64,000 nt of DNA from Kudoa neothunni (Eukaryota > Animalia > Cnidaria): contig OZ199838.1 in assembly GCA_964304625.1 (NCBI GenBank), positions 8,543,904 through 8,607,903 of the forward strand, given 5' to 3'. Position numbers and translations under genes: made by a program. Shown in pieces: positions 14,170 to 28,400 of this stretch. The notes beneath the pieces were generated by a model, which worked only from the letters and a program-made list of their open reading frames with translations, was not told the DNA's origin and did not search any database. Within the stretch, counting starts at the first letter, position 1. Each line of letters starts with the position of its first letter.

Positions 14170-14335
14170 TATCACATTAGTTTTTTATTTATTTTGAATA
14201 TACAATAAACTTTGAAAATATCTCTGTTAATTTTTTGGTGAGCGCGCGTAAAAATTTTAAAACTTGTATTTTCTTCATTTGGGTTTAATTTTATACGTGG
14301 GGGATCCGCGGTTCCAAAAAGGTTGAAAACCACTG
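14170..14335 (-). mobile_element. hAT (Charlie/Buster-type) terminal fragment
   Basis: Minus strand begins CAGTGGTTTTCAACCTTTTTGGAACCGCGGATCCCC at 14335. The other end was not found. Confidence 0.5.
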
Positions 14336-14674
14336 GTTTCAGAATATGTGGATAGTGTTTCGGGAGCTCACACCAACACTGTTGTGGGCACTTGGGATGC
14401 CATAAAATACCGAATATCTCCAAGAAATAGAACGTCATCAGTTAATGAGGATGGAACTATTCGTATAGTTGGCATTAATGAATTTCTTAGTGAATTTCAA
14501 TGGAGAAGACGCAATCCAAATGACTTCTGGTGTGGTTCCATACGATCTCTAAAAATTAATCTACAACCAAACAACTGTTGTTAGCCTAGTTGCGTTTTGT
14601 ATAAAAATTGTTTTTATAATCAATGTAAATACTATTTTATTGAGAATTAGGGGGCTTAGACCAAATTTCAGTCC
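14336..14674 (+). mobile_element. Merlin 3' fragment (same family as 44280-45337)
   Basis: GAHTNTVVGTWDAIKYRISPRNRTSSVNEDG..EFQWRR is nearly identical to the 45030-45234 translation. The terminal sequence is similar. Confidence 0.8.
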
Positions 14675-15065
14675 CTTTTTTATTTCGTTTTCAAAAATTA
14701 TATAAATTTTGAAGTCACACTGTTAAAAATCTGTAGTATTTTTTAAAGGAGCGGTTACCAATCTTCTCTTAGGATACCTTTTTTCACGGCGACAATACTG
14801 CATTGTTGAATTATTATAATTATTAAAGTAAAAAATTATTAAGAACCAATTCGTCATTTTTCTTTTATAAAGAAACATTGAAAATTTTGAATTTTAGCAT
14901 CACGTCTATCAATTCCATGAAATGAACTTTTTTTTATATATAAATAAGAAAAATAGAAAATTATTCACAAAATAAAGAATTTTAAGCGCTCTATATTAAT
15001 TTATTAAGGCTGGAATCGGTACCGACTGACTCACACGATGCGCGCGTCTCTCCCAGTACACTAAA

Positions 15066-16979
15066 ATGTCCGGATCAGTTTATGGAGGAGGTTACATTTA
15101 TATATATATAATATATATTCTTATAATACATATTAAATTTTTAGATGACGTTGGTGCGATAGTGTTTGATTTTGGAGGTTATAACTACTAAATGTGGATA
15201 TGCAGGGGAAGAATTTCCAAAAGTAGGTTGTTTTCTTGTCGTATTTGGCTTCACATTTTTGACGTGACAACAGTGTGAGATGCCTTCCTGTGTCGGATTT
15301 TCCACGCAAAATGTCGCCGTAACAGAAGAATTGGATATGACTGTTTATGACGATGATGACGTGTATATTCCACCGCGACGCAGTACTTTGTAATGTCGTT
15401 TGGCAACCATAAAGAAATATATAATAGTGAGGGCATAACACCATCTGTGGCTATAATAGTTTGTCCCACATAAGTCCAGAGCTATCAGCTTAAAATGTTG
15501 TACGACAATGATTCATGTAATAAAGAGACGTTTTTGCGATTATTATCTACTCAGTCAATCTCTTAGCACTCAATATGGATGTGGTTGAGAAATGTTAAAT
15601 CACATGTATCAAAGTGTTCTTTTTACCACTACAGATAGCCATCCTGTTCTATTAACGGAGCCATTTGTAATACAATAAACATTTGTGATTGGCGTTACTA
15701 ATACTAATAATAGGACAATGCGAAGAAAAATAGAGATCGAATGACTGAATTAATGTTTGAAAAATATAATAGTCCAGCTATTAGCGCTTGTAAAGCGCCA
15801 GTGTTGGCATCATTTGCCAATGGTCGAACCACTTCACTTGTGGTTGATATGGGGTCACAGCAAGACCTAGTATTTGCCCAGTGAGTGATGGTTATTGCTT
15901 GACCAGGGCGTGTACTACGTTGGATGTGTGTGGTTCTTATCTTTTAAAACAAACCGAAGCTCTGCTCAAAAATACATTCCGCGTCGATCTAACTCCAATG
16001 TCATGCATTAAAAACAAAGTATTAGACTTTGTTATTGCATCGTGCGTTTTCAACATGAATGCAATAGCGATTAAAAAAAACTTGGAAGAAACCCCTATGT
16101 TTACTTTAAAAGATAATTTTAATAATTTCGATCCAAATTGGATAACCTATCAAAGAATGCAGCTATACACGATTTTCAGTTGAGCACACTTTCAGTTGCT
16201 GATTATCGTTTGAGCTTTTGAACGTGATAAGTACTTCTATATGTAAAAATAATTCATTATGATGTGATTTTCCAGTACCCAAAAAATCTATCCTATAAGT
16301 TGTATGGAATATCAATTTCCTACTGGATACCGCATGGACTTAACGAAAAAAATTCCACCAAGAACAACATTCGGTTAAAATTCCTGAGTTTTACTTTAAT
16401 GAGGATCTACAGGTATATTCTATTTTATCTATGTTTGTGTTATCCAACGCTTTTACTCATTAGAGAAATCTTAATATGCCAGTTGTAAAATCGATTCAGT
16501 CGGCTGTTGATGAAGCAGTTGATAAATGTGATATTGACATGAAAACGGTAATATTCCTCGGAATTATTGTATGAGTGTTGATTTGTCTGATGTGCGTAGT
16601 GTCTTATGAATAACATTATATTGTGTGGTGGTTTGTTCTTCGATTAATGGCATGAGCGATCGTCTTTATAACGAATTAACTGCTATAACATCGCCAGTAT
16701 GTTTTGGATATGGCCCCTATAGTGCGCATATTTTGATTTCTTTAATAGACAATCAAAATCAAGGTATTACAGCCAAGTAGTTCAGCGGAGAAAAAGTTTA
16801 GTTCCTGGATTGGTGGATCAATTCTTGCTAGTTTGGTCATTTGCTAACCATTTTCAACGTTTAATATTCATCCTATTAATGCGTATCAAATTTAGGGTTC
16901 ATTTCAACAGTTATGGATATCTCCATCGGAGTACAAAGAAATTGGTCCAAATTGTATTGACTTACGTTCTGTTACCTAG
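15066..16979 (+). CDS. ACTL6A: Actin-like protein 6 / Arp4 / BAF53 (multi-exon)
   Basis: MSGSVYGG|DDVGAIVFDFGGY..KCGYAGEEFPK; HPVLLTEP; MTELMFEKYNSPA; SFANGRTTSLVVDMG; KFSSWIGGSILASL|GSFQQLWIS..EYKEIG. Short GT-AG introns and several +1 insertions. Confidence 0.93.
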
Positions 16980-17634
16980 CTAGCTCAATAAATTCTCTTT
17001 TGTTTATAAATCTTATTGTGTTATATCCCTTTGTTTATTTTACATGCAATATTTTATTGGAAGCATTCTATAAAATAATTTTTTTTTTCATACTTCGCAT
17101 GGGGTGAGTGGATCTGCATATAATGTTAAATAATAATTATTTCATGCGAGTCACAATTAAAAATGTTTTCATTCTTATGATCGAGAATTTATAAACTTTT
17201 ATTGGTTTATTTATCTCAGTGCTTCCCCCAATTGAGGGTCGGGGACTCACACCTTGAGTCAACGAAAAAATCTTATGGCCAAAAATGTTTCATACGTAAT
17301 GTACCGATTCTAAGTAATCAGAATCTCTTTCGAAAATACATCATGTGCGGAATCGAATCTGAAATAGATCTGGTAAACAAATAGTCATTTGATGAATTTT
17401 CCTGAAAATTAATTTTATTTCAAATTACTATTTTCGAATTATTAATATATGAAATATTCGATTTTTAATAAAAAAGATTGATGACTCGTTAAATATTTTA
17501 AAATGGGTTGAAATATTAAAAATTTTATTATTTGTTGTTTTAAGTAAACCATGAGGTAAGCAAGTATTAAAGTTTAGTTAGCTTCAAGATTATGTTTTTT
17601 TGTTTTGTTTGTTGAATTATTTTAAATTGTTATA

Positions 17635-19201
17635 CAGTAGGTAACCCTATTTTCCGTAATGACCGATTTTCGGTAACTTCGGAGTTTCTTCCATTAGGAA
17701 TATTGTTTTAATATTTTAAACCATATATTTGATTTTATTAAAATATACTAAACAGGAGTGCAAAAATGCTACTTTTAGTAAATTTTAGCTCCCTTTCTAT
17801 TACTACTCTAGATATCATCTTGATTAGGAAGAAAGATATAGTTTTATCTTATAAACTGGTTTGGCTACTTCAGAGAGAAAAAATTTAAAACAGTGTTCAA
17901 ATAGTGGCATCGATACTATAGTATATGACTAGGTGAATTATTTGAGATAAAAAAATTAAGCTATCTGATCATGATATCGTACATGAAACAAACCAATTGA
18001 CAAAATAATTGAACCTAAGCCGTAAGTAGCGATCCATGATTGTTCCGTGGCTTTAAATCGCGATTTATTTTAAAAATATCACTGCTTATGGTGATGTTGC
18101 TTATGTTGACTAAAGTTTTGTAGAAAATTGGTAATCTAAATTGAATGACTAAGTCATTGGTAACAACGATGACTGTATCAATAACCTTGAAGAAACTACA
18201 CTATTTTACTAACAATATAGATATCTATTATTTTTAATGCTGTTTCGTCGAGAGAAAAAAATCTAAAATATAGTTACTGTTTTGAGACGTGCATCTACGC
18301 CTGGGGGGTTGCATTGAACCTCTTGTGATTGGAAATCACAAAAACCATGTTGTTTTAAAAATGCTAAATAAAACATTTATAGCAAAGTACAAATCAAACA
18401 GGAAAGAATGGATGACAAGGAAATAATTTAAGAAATACCTTCCTAATTGTAACAATGAATTCAAAACCGACGTACAAGAAAGTTTTTCTACTTGCCACGA
18501 CAAAATTCATTTATCGAGTATCTCTCTTATATTCCTTACAAAAAGTTCAAATAGCGTTTTGCCATTATTAGACCTTGAAATCATTTTCTTATTCAAATCA
18601 AATTACAAAAATAATTTAATAGAAAGCCATATTGCTGCAGTTTAGCAATGATATAAATACATCCTTCCAAGGTAGGCTTCAAACATTATTCCTAATTATA
18701 AATAATGGGACGGTGTTTCAAAGGATATTGTATTTAACTGATTCAGAAAATATGAGTTTCCTGCAGCCGATAAATACGAGCGTTCATTAAATATCAATTT
18801 AAGCAATAAATAATTCTCAGCTGGGAAATTCCGAGATTTTTCAAGAGGGAAGCCATTATGCCTACATCAAAACACTTTGACGAGCTTGCTCCTTTGATTG
18901 TTGAATCTGCGGTTCTGAAACTGAAACTTTATGAGCGGCAGAATTTATATCAGAAAAAGATGTACTTAAATTTTTGAACAAGCAGAATAGATATACGATA
19001 GAGAGGAATTAATTATCTAAACGAAATAATGACTTAGGATGACAAAATTACGACAAACGTCTTTAAAAATATGAATAAAAATAACATTATTATTTCAATT
19101 TAAAAGGAGATGAATGTATAAATTAAATTAATTGCTTTAAATAGGCGTATCTTTTTATTTTTGCGTGCGCATGAAAGTTATGGAAAATCGGTTACCTACT
19201 G
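17635..19201 (+). mobile_element. pogo/Tigger element, heavily degenerate
   Basis: TA-flanked TIRs CAGTAGGTAACC..TTTTCC / GGAAAATCGGTTACCTACTG. Remnant EPLVIG..KPCCFKN..YKSNRKEWMT motif. Confidence 0.8.
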
Positions 19202-19726
19202 TACTTCACATGAGAATCAATTTTCACTAAAAAATTATGTAAAATTGAACTTTACATTAGAGATGGGCCACATATTTACAGTCAACAACGGTTATTGCGT
19301 AGTCTTTTTGGGAAATGACAAAAAGGTATGCAATACAATACACATTCAGTGAGTAATATCCACCTGGTTTCGCGCGCATCAACTATAAAACTCAATTATT
19401 TTTTTAAACAAACTAATTAACATTTATTTGTTGGAAACATTGTTAGAAAAGTACATTTCTAAGTTTACTTTACAATATTCGATACATTATCCATCATTGG
19501 GTAGAAATCATTCAATCCGTCTGGGTCTTAAGTTAAAATGTTCGGCGTATTTCTGAGATAGCATCCTTCAGTTTCACCGCGTTTAATATATACGTGAGGT
19601 GGTCATTTTCATTTCAAATAAATGGATTGTTCTTATAAAAATAAAAACCACATATTATAATCTCACACGTTTTGCATGATCTAACTGATTAATAATGGTA
19701 CAGCCACCACGTTAGATTTATTAAAA

Positions 19727-22605
19727 GGCAATGGCTATTGGCACGGTAATCGATAAACTCCATAACCGCTTCTCAGTTTATAACCACATTTCTCAAACTT
19801 ATTTATCGATTTTTTTCCTACAAAAATTTTCTATAAAAACATAAAATATATGTTTATCATCATAATAACCCCATTAAATAGAACGGAACGTTTAAAATAA
19901 CAAATTATAGGTTATTATTAACGTATATAATCTAATAAAATTAATTATAACCAGTATTTTCATAATATGTAAAAAATGGGCGTCCACCATTATTCATTGG
20001 TTGGGCGCGCAAAAACTACACCACGTGTCAAGACTCGCGAATAATTAATTTAGATGTTTACATCAAAAATATATAAACCCTATTTATAATTTTTATGTTA
20101 CGTACGAGTATTAAAAATTTTAACCTCAATTTTTGTATATTTGTAATACATGATGTTATGTAGGTTTTATGATAATTATTGGATAATGAATTGCCAGCAT
20201 AAGAAAGTAGAAAAAAAATTTAGGATATTTCTTGGAATAAAGACCATAATACCAAGATATTTGTAACCGTTCTACATTAGATTCAATATTAAATGATTTC
20301 AGTTTTATTTTAAGGCAGTGATACTTATACGACGTATGAATTCACATGATCGCGCAATTTTTAAATTCATAGTTATGGAGCAAACAAGTCAATGCAATAA
20401 CGAAAAAAACTTACTTTGGGGATAGGAAAGAAGTTTCCCACAATGATTCACTATGCGATACGATTTATGCTTATGAAAAGAATAAATGTTGTTATCTTAA
20501 AATATACAGCTCAAGATCTATAGAAAATGCACAGAAACGAATGAATAGATACCTTAACCCCTTTATTGGTTTATTATGAAATAAAACACGTTTGTATTTT
20601 TGCTAATAATTATTATTTTTATTTGTCATGTCAAAATTATCAAAAATTTCGACAAAGAAAATGGTGATATTTTAGTTTTGTGATCGTTTCTATTTATTAC
20701 AGGAGTAAGTTAAGTCGAAGATTCCTGCAACAAAAAAGATGACAATTTTTTCAGATAATATTTGTTTAAGAATTTCCACGTCGGTAGAACAACCGTCCAA
20801 ATTATCGTTGTTTATTATTATTAATAGAAATTACAGACCGAGCGGTAATAATTGATAAGTCATTCGATAAAAAACAAGAAATGAAATATTGGAAGATGGC
20901 TGTAATGCCAATTTACATAATATCTCTGATATAGCGCACGTATCAACATACAACGATATTAATCGTAACTTATTACATGTTCAAAATGAGATAATATCTA
21001 ATAGGTCTTATTCTTTCCAATAAGGTAAAATCAGTAGGAAGACCGGCTAAAGTGCAGAACAGGTCGGTGGATTAGACGGGGTTATAAATTAATCTGGCCA
21101 TAATCTCACCAATGCAGCGAAGAAAACAAATCTTGAAAAACTAACTAAAGTTATATATTTCGCAGATTGTTTTTAGAGTTTATGATAGTAGTTTCCCTCT
21201 AAATTTAAAATGGAACATAAATTCCGCAATATAAGATACTAGCATTCCCTCTTTTTTGTTTGGAACCTTTCGATACAATCTTTTAAAAGCGGACCAAGTT
21301 CCCTCTATTCGATTTGTATGATAGCCATTCCTATTCACAAACTCTCTCTCGTGAATCACCTTTTGATGAGCATACATATTATTAGAAACATTATTATATC
21401 CCAACCAACCATCTGTGACAATATTCGAACCTGGCATTACATTGCGAGATATAATATCATCCAATATTATTGCGGTTCGGAATGTCGTTTGCTCCATAAA
21501 TACGTTTCCGTTACTGTCGATGCCACCTACTATCCATGTTTGTTGATTTCTCAACAAACGCCCAACATTTGCTTTCCTTTTACATACCAGACTTTCGTCT
21601 ATTCGGACATTAACGCCTGGACCGCCTACCATAATTGAATTTTTCAAAAAATAATTAACATGGATATCTCGAATAAAATTTTTCCAATCGCAAGCAGTGT
21701 GATTGGAACCTTATCGTGCTTCTCGACAGAGCGCTTCTTGGGAATCGTTTTTATAGACAACACAATAAATTATTATGAATATTTGGCAATAGAAACAATA
21801 ATTATCCCTGTATTTTTTTCTTCGTATAAAGTTAATTGGACTCCCACAGGAATGCACTTTTGAAGACGGCAGTAATTTGAGACGTTGCATCATCTTTACG
21901 AACCCTAGTTTGTTCTGATGAAAGTGTGGAATATCTCTCTCATTTATTTCATCTATGTTATCAATATCAAAACGTTCCAAATCAAACTCATTGACGTTCA
22001 TTCTGAAGGTTGGCAGAAACCCCGCAACTTAAGGATTATTATTAATGCGGCAAATCTCATAAGGCGATTAAGGGCTAATCCACCGACCTGTTCTGCACTT
22101 TAACCGGAAGACCTAGGGGAAAAAGATTAACAGCCATAGGCCTACCAAAAAAAAAGAAAACAATAATCGAATGTTTCCAAGTAAGCCATAACGAAAATTT
22201 ATCATTTTATTCCATTAAGTATACTTTTTTGGAAGTCAAATATTTTTATTTTTCTTATTGTGACAAAAATTCTGATGTAAGAAACAGCGCAAACAAATGT
22301 ATAAAACAAAGTGATCATTGCCTGCGCGCCCAACCAATGAATAATGGTGGACGCCCATTTTTTACATATTATGAAAATACTGGTTATAATTAATTTTATT
22401 AGATTATATACGTTAATAATAACCTATAATTTGTTATTTTAAACGTTCCGTTCTATTTAATGGGGTTATCATAATCATAAACATATATTTTATGTTTTTA
22501 TAGAAAATTTTGTAGGGAAAAAATCGATAAATAAGTTTGCGAAATGTGGTTATAAACTGAGAAGCGGTTATGGATATATCGATTACCGTGCCAATAGCCA
22601 CTGCC
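19727..22605 (+). mobile_element. Non-autonomous Mutator-like element (MULE) with ~285-bp TIRs
   Basis: 19727-20011 is an inverted repeat of 22323-22605. Flanks TTATTAAAA/TTATTAAAC give a 9-bp TSD at 8/9. Removing the nested Merlin restores KVKSVGRPRGKRLTAIGLPKKKK, a MULE/SWIM-type C-terminal motif. Confidence 0.8.
21045..22105 (-). mobile_element. Merlin transposon nested in the MULE
   Basis: ~30-bp TIR GG(C/T)TAAAGTGCAGAACAGGTCGGTGGATTAG and perfect 8-bp TSD GGAAGACC. Transposase VRIDES, RKANVGR, WIVGG, IVTDGWLGY, HTNRIEGTW (ORFs 21711-22001, 21180-21647). Confidence 0.93.
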
Positions 22606-22799
22606 TTATTAAACTCTAAAAGTTGAGAATTAAAGATAAGCTTGATAATCTTGTGTACCTAGAAAGGTGTTCCTTCTGAATTAATTATCGAGAAATTTTT
22701 CTTTTAAACTTAATTTTTGGAATTAAATTATAAACAAATTTGGATTTACCAAAGTTCGGTGGGGTAAGAAAAAGCAAATGATCTACGTTAGAACCATGA

Positions 22800-25560
22800 C
22801 ATATAAGGCCGCGCGAGTGTTAAAAATGAAGTTGCTATTTTACGTTTAATTTAATCTTGAAATTTTGTGATTTAATCTTATACAATCGTCTATCTCTATA
22901 TATATTTTAATTTTTAAATGTGACGAAAAAACAATAATTAAATCTAATACATTAAATTTGTTCCAAGACATTATTCGCTGTTAATGCTTATCATTGATAA
23001 TTATAGGCATTCTTCGGTATTTAGAATAATATTAATTATACTACTAAAATTTTCACAATTTTCACAATTAAACATCATTTTCGATTATCAATAATGATAT
23101 TTCAGTTTATACATTTTTTTAGCGGTTATCTCTTGCTAAATTTGATAGGTATTTAATTAATTATGGAACATATTTGCCATCGGATTTTTAAACCGTTGTT
23201 TCCCACATAATAATAGTACAAATTGATACATCAATTATAATAAAAATTATATCTGCAACAAATTTATTAAAAAAATTGTTAACATCATTATTTAACTCTT
23301 TCGAAATTACTTATTTTCATCATAATGACCAAAACTCACTTACAACACAATGTCTTAATGTAACGTTCCCTCTTTATTTGTTTATAATTTAATTAATTGA
23401 TGAAAATCTTATTCTCTAAGGTAAATTCTATATTAAAAGTTACATAAAATTTAAATATTATAGATTTCAGGAATACAAAATAAAATATTCCTTTGCAGAA
23501 GAGCAAAATTACATGATCTTGTGCAATTATAACAAAATCTTACGCCTCCTATAATAATTTTCATCATTTCATGTGTAAAAATTCGTTTAAACGGCAAAAA
23601 ACATCCAGATAACGCTATTGCGCAGACATAAAACACAACTTAGTAATGTTTCGAGATTAATCTAACGTATGATTATTTTCAAACATGTTATACGTGCCAA
23701 TTATTTGTTTATTGCATCATTTTAATATTTCATATAAGATTTAATCAATGAGTTAATCAATCCGAACCATTATATAGGTTTCTTGAAAATTTTAGAAGAT
23801 AGATATTTTAGTTGATTCATTAAGCCAAAAGAAAGTAACATTTAATTATTTTGTTATAATTGATTGTCATTGGTCGGATTCCTCCAAGATTCTATCGGAT
23901 CCGGTATATTTGATTTATCATCAATTTGATCACTGATATTTGGCTCTCAGCGATATATGAATAAAAGAAATCAATTTGTGTTTAGTAATTAAGTCCACAG
24001 TTTTTTGAAATATTTAAATGCCATCCACATTGTTATCATGATCCATTTGTCGTAGTTACATTATTTACATTAAATGTAATACAAATACTTTCTACATTAT
24101 TTTTAAATAATTTTTAAATTTGATCAGCGGTTAAACTCCGCTTTAATGAAGAAATTAAGTCCGTAGATTTATCATCTATTTTATGCGAAATATTAGTGTT
24201 GATTTAACCCCAAAACAATCTAATAATGAAAGCGTACAAAAATTTTTATTATTATAGTTTTATTATTTATGTACAATGACCACACATTATATAGTTTAAA
24301 ATAAACGAATCTATTCAGTTTTAAAGAGAAACTTGCAATCTTGTAATAAAACCAAGATACTAATAAATTTATGCACGCGGACAAAATTTATAATTAAAAT
24401 CAAAAAACTACAAAATCAAAAATTTGTCGCAAGTGCCACTATTATTCGTATTTGATATTTTTCACCCAAATATTAATATATCTAGTTTATTCACAAATAA
24501 TGATTTATATATACATTTAACCAGCGTTTCCAACCATGTCCTATTTTTATTCTTGTACTTCGAAATAATGAATAATCGCAAACAATGTTTCAAAGATAAG
24601 GAGTTATTGCAAATTAACAAAAAATGGAATTTAATCGTTGCTGATTTCATTACGGGAAATCTTCGAATAGAAAACTTTATACTTGAAACAATGCTTTATT
24701 TCAAATTAAAATGTCTGCAATAGGAGTTCACCAAACACAAGATACAATTAGAAATTTTAGTAATTCATAAATCCTATGTAATACAAAAAATGAGCTTAAA
24801 AATATGCCAAAAATTTATCAGAATGAACACATTTTTCAATGTTATGCTTCTGTTAAGACCAACATTTTGGATTTTTTACCATTATTAGCGGCAATACACA
24901 GTTCCATCGTGACCATGAATCATTTTGGAATTATTACGAAAAGATTTTTGTGTTTGAATTCTGAATGCTTAAATTTAAAAAAATGACTCTGATGTTGGTG
25001 ATATCCAATGCTAAGTTATCATTACAAGTGTTTGTTATCAATTTTCATAAAATTCTAATTTTAGATATTACCTAAATATTAACTACTGGACTAATTTTTC
25101 TTAATTTTAATGAATAAATGGTCGCACATAAAAATAAAACCTCATCTAGGTATAGTTGTTACGTGTTATTCAAAAATCGAACGAGAGACTGTAATACAAT
25201 CAATCGAAATTAAAGGAATTGAATAGGCTCCAAAACAAAGTTTGTCTGATTAAATTATTAACAATCGCCTTTTTAGCCATTGTTTATCGGCAAATAAATT
25301 TTAATTCTATCGGAAAATACAGCACATCTTAACTTCCTCTAGCTCTGATTAACGCTTTTTCGGAAAGAGCATTTTCTCTTCTGAAATTATCGAAAACATC
25401 CGAAGAAATAGAATGTTGTGCTCTACATTAAATAATCTTGTTCTAATGAGGAATTTTTTCAACACCTTGACAAAATGATGTCATAAATTTGAAGTTTCTG
25501 AGTTAATTATAAATTAACGTAATATTTATACATATAATTAAATATTAGCTCCCTTCTTAC
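22800..25560 (-). mobile_element. Very old degenerate TE-derived sequence, possibly MULE/NOF-like
   Basis: Only scattered fragments (HDGT, IVCDYS, FYVCAIAL..C) resemble MULE/NOF transposases. No termini were identified. Confidence 0.25.
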
Positions 25561-28400
25561 AAAAAATCTGGTTTGTCCGATTTTGGTTGGCAACGTTTTC
25601 TTTAACTCACTAAAATTTATGTATTCTCCTAACTTATTATAAGGTATATTCTACGCAAGTTTTATCAAAAAATAAAAAAATTTTATCTTCGAAAAAATCT
25701 ATTGGCTATATTCTGAGTAAAACAGTGGAAAATGTAGCAGATAATATAATCCCATTTAATCTGGTACGTGTTGTTTTGGTAAAAACTCATATTTTGTCGC
25801 GTAATTAGCTTAATTCTGTGATTCATGCTTTTACAACAAAAAATAACAGCAATTAATTTTTCAACAATGAAAACATTTTAACGTTTTTTATAAAACGAAA
25901 ATGTTTGTAATACATTATCTTGAATGGTTACATCTATTCGCCGAATGGGTTTGACAATAAGAGCCAAGACAATTTGTACGTGCTGAGGTTTTTTTATCAT
26001 TTACTCGCGAACAAAAATTAAAACGAGAACTTTTCTCTTTTGTTATCATTATGTTATTCTAGAAGTGGTTGATAGAGAGCAGCGGCCATTTCTTTCAAGA
26101 AAGTGCGCCTTAGTTTATTTTTACAATTAAAAATGTTTTTGTATAATTCAAACGCATTTACCAAGGATAAATCCAGCATGTTAAAGAAAACAATCATTGG
26201 CCATCTTCTATTGAATCTCCTAACGGTGACAGATGCCAACATTCTATCAACTGAATCGACACTACCTTTCGCTTTATAATTAACAATAACTTCAGGTTTT
26301 TTTTGATAATATCGTTCGTTATGTTCATATTTGTCGTTCCAGTTGGTAACAAAATGACAGATTTATTTTTCTTATTTACATACGACGTTACCATAAATTT
26401 CTCGTAAAATAGAAAAGTCGTACGAAATAAATCCCTTATTTTGGATGGAAGAGCACATGTTGGAATGTCTCTTAATGTGGCGTATAATATCCAAATACGT
26501 TGGACGTTTACGTAACAACTTTTATGCGAGTGGGAGAGATGTAAAAAAGTTGTCTGCTACAATATTTCTTCCAGAATCAAATAATGGTTCAGACAATGTC
26601 ATGACTATAGATTCCTCAACACTTGAATTCCGGACGTTGTCGATTGCATTTTTTCAGAGATACGGCGAAACATTTAAAACATATTTTTCAACTGGGTCTA
26701 CAAGCGGAAAGAATTTAATTCCATATTTCGCTGGTTTTAGAAGCATGTACTGTCTAAATGGACATTTACCTCCAAAAGCGACCAACTGCTCGTCTATGAT
26801 AACATCTTGGTTAGTATTAAAATATTGTGGTAATTGTTTCACCCACATTTGCCATAAACTGCGGATTGAACAAAATATATCTGTTTCTCTTCTTTCTGCT
26901 TTTATCCTATAATCATCAAAATGAAGAACTTTCGTGATTTGTTCAAATCTATTCTTCGAAAAAATTTCTCGATAATTTTCCTCGCCTTCAGCTAAACTAA
27001 AGAATTCTATAAAGGTTCCTCTCTATCCTTATGTACAGCCATAAGGATGAGGATACCCAAATATCCATTGAACTCAACAATATCAACATTAATCCAGTCG
27101 TCTTCAAAATAATTCCTTCCAAATAAATTGGTCGATTCAATTATTTTTTCACAGATGGTTTTTATAAATAATATAAAAAAATCTACAAGATTTTGTACAC
27201 GTTGTATACATTATGCCGTTACACCGGGATAGGAATCCACTATATATACAAAGTTCTTATGTCTGTCAGTGTACGTCAGTTTGCATTTAAATAGATGATA
27301 CCATTAATAAAAATCTTTCATTTACTTAGAAGTATAAATATAATCAGTACCGCGTTAAAAAGTACTTGCATAATATTGATATTTGTTTACTTCAGAACGA
27401 TAGCCAATTAAAATGAACTTTCACTCACTATATACAAAGAGAATGTACTAATTATGGTGTAGAATATTCTAAAAATTTTGCATATGCCTGTTCGGAGTAA
27501 TTTTAAGACAAATAAAACTATTAACGTCACATTTACAAGAGTATGATCCTTTTAAATAAAGCATATAATTCGAGATTAATTTGTTGCCATGGAACAATTT
27601 TGGTCTCTATGCGCATTCTAAAAATGATGTAAGATGTGTGTAGAGTTTTCAAATAATTAAATTTTTGTGAAAATTTCTTTTTATCAAATATATCGATTGA
27701 GATTTAAACTATATTCGTCTTTTCGATAAGTTTTTACTCATTTTTTGGGTTTCCTAAACTTTCTTGCAAAATAACTGACAAAACTAATTCAATGAGTTTC
27801 TATACTTGATGAGACGATTTTTTAAATAATGTTTAAGTTCTTAGTTACTTAATTATTCCTTACCCCTAGACCTTAAGGTTAATATTCAAATCAATATATA
27901 ATTTTCATTTTCGCTAAAAATAATTCATTAAGATATAAAAGCTGCATGAAAATATGCGACACCGCATTCTATACGTAGTTTAAGAATTTAACTTCACGTT
28001 ACTTTTGCACAAAGTACGGTCCCCTCTCAATACGTGCCATGTAATTTAACAAGAAATTATTGGTCTATTCGATCTAACCGATATTTACACAAAGCTTTCG
28101 TTAATCTAAGAGTAGTTCAATACAACGAAATTTTTTTAGGGCTATCAAACAGTACGTTTATTTTTAAAATAGGTGCACTCCTTCGATAAAACAAGTTGAT
28201 ATTTAAGCATTACTTTAATTTTTCAAACTAAAAACACCTTTACGTTTTGGATTGATCATATTTTGTTAATTTAATGTGTATTTTTTGAGTCAGTTAGTAT
28301 TTTTGTTAAAATTAAGATTGACATTTATGTAAAAATCAAAAAATTGTTCTAAAATAATGAATACGTAAGTTACCACTCATAGATTGTTAAAACCTCATTA

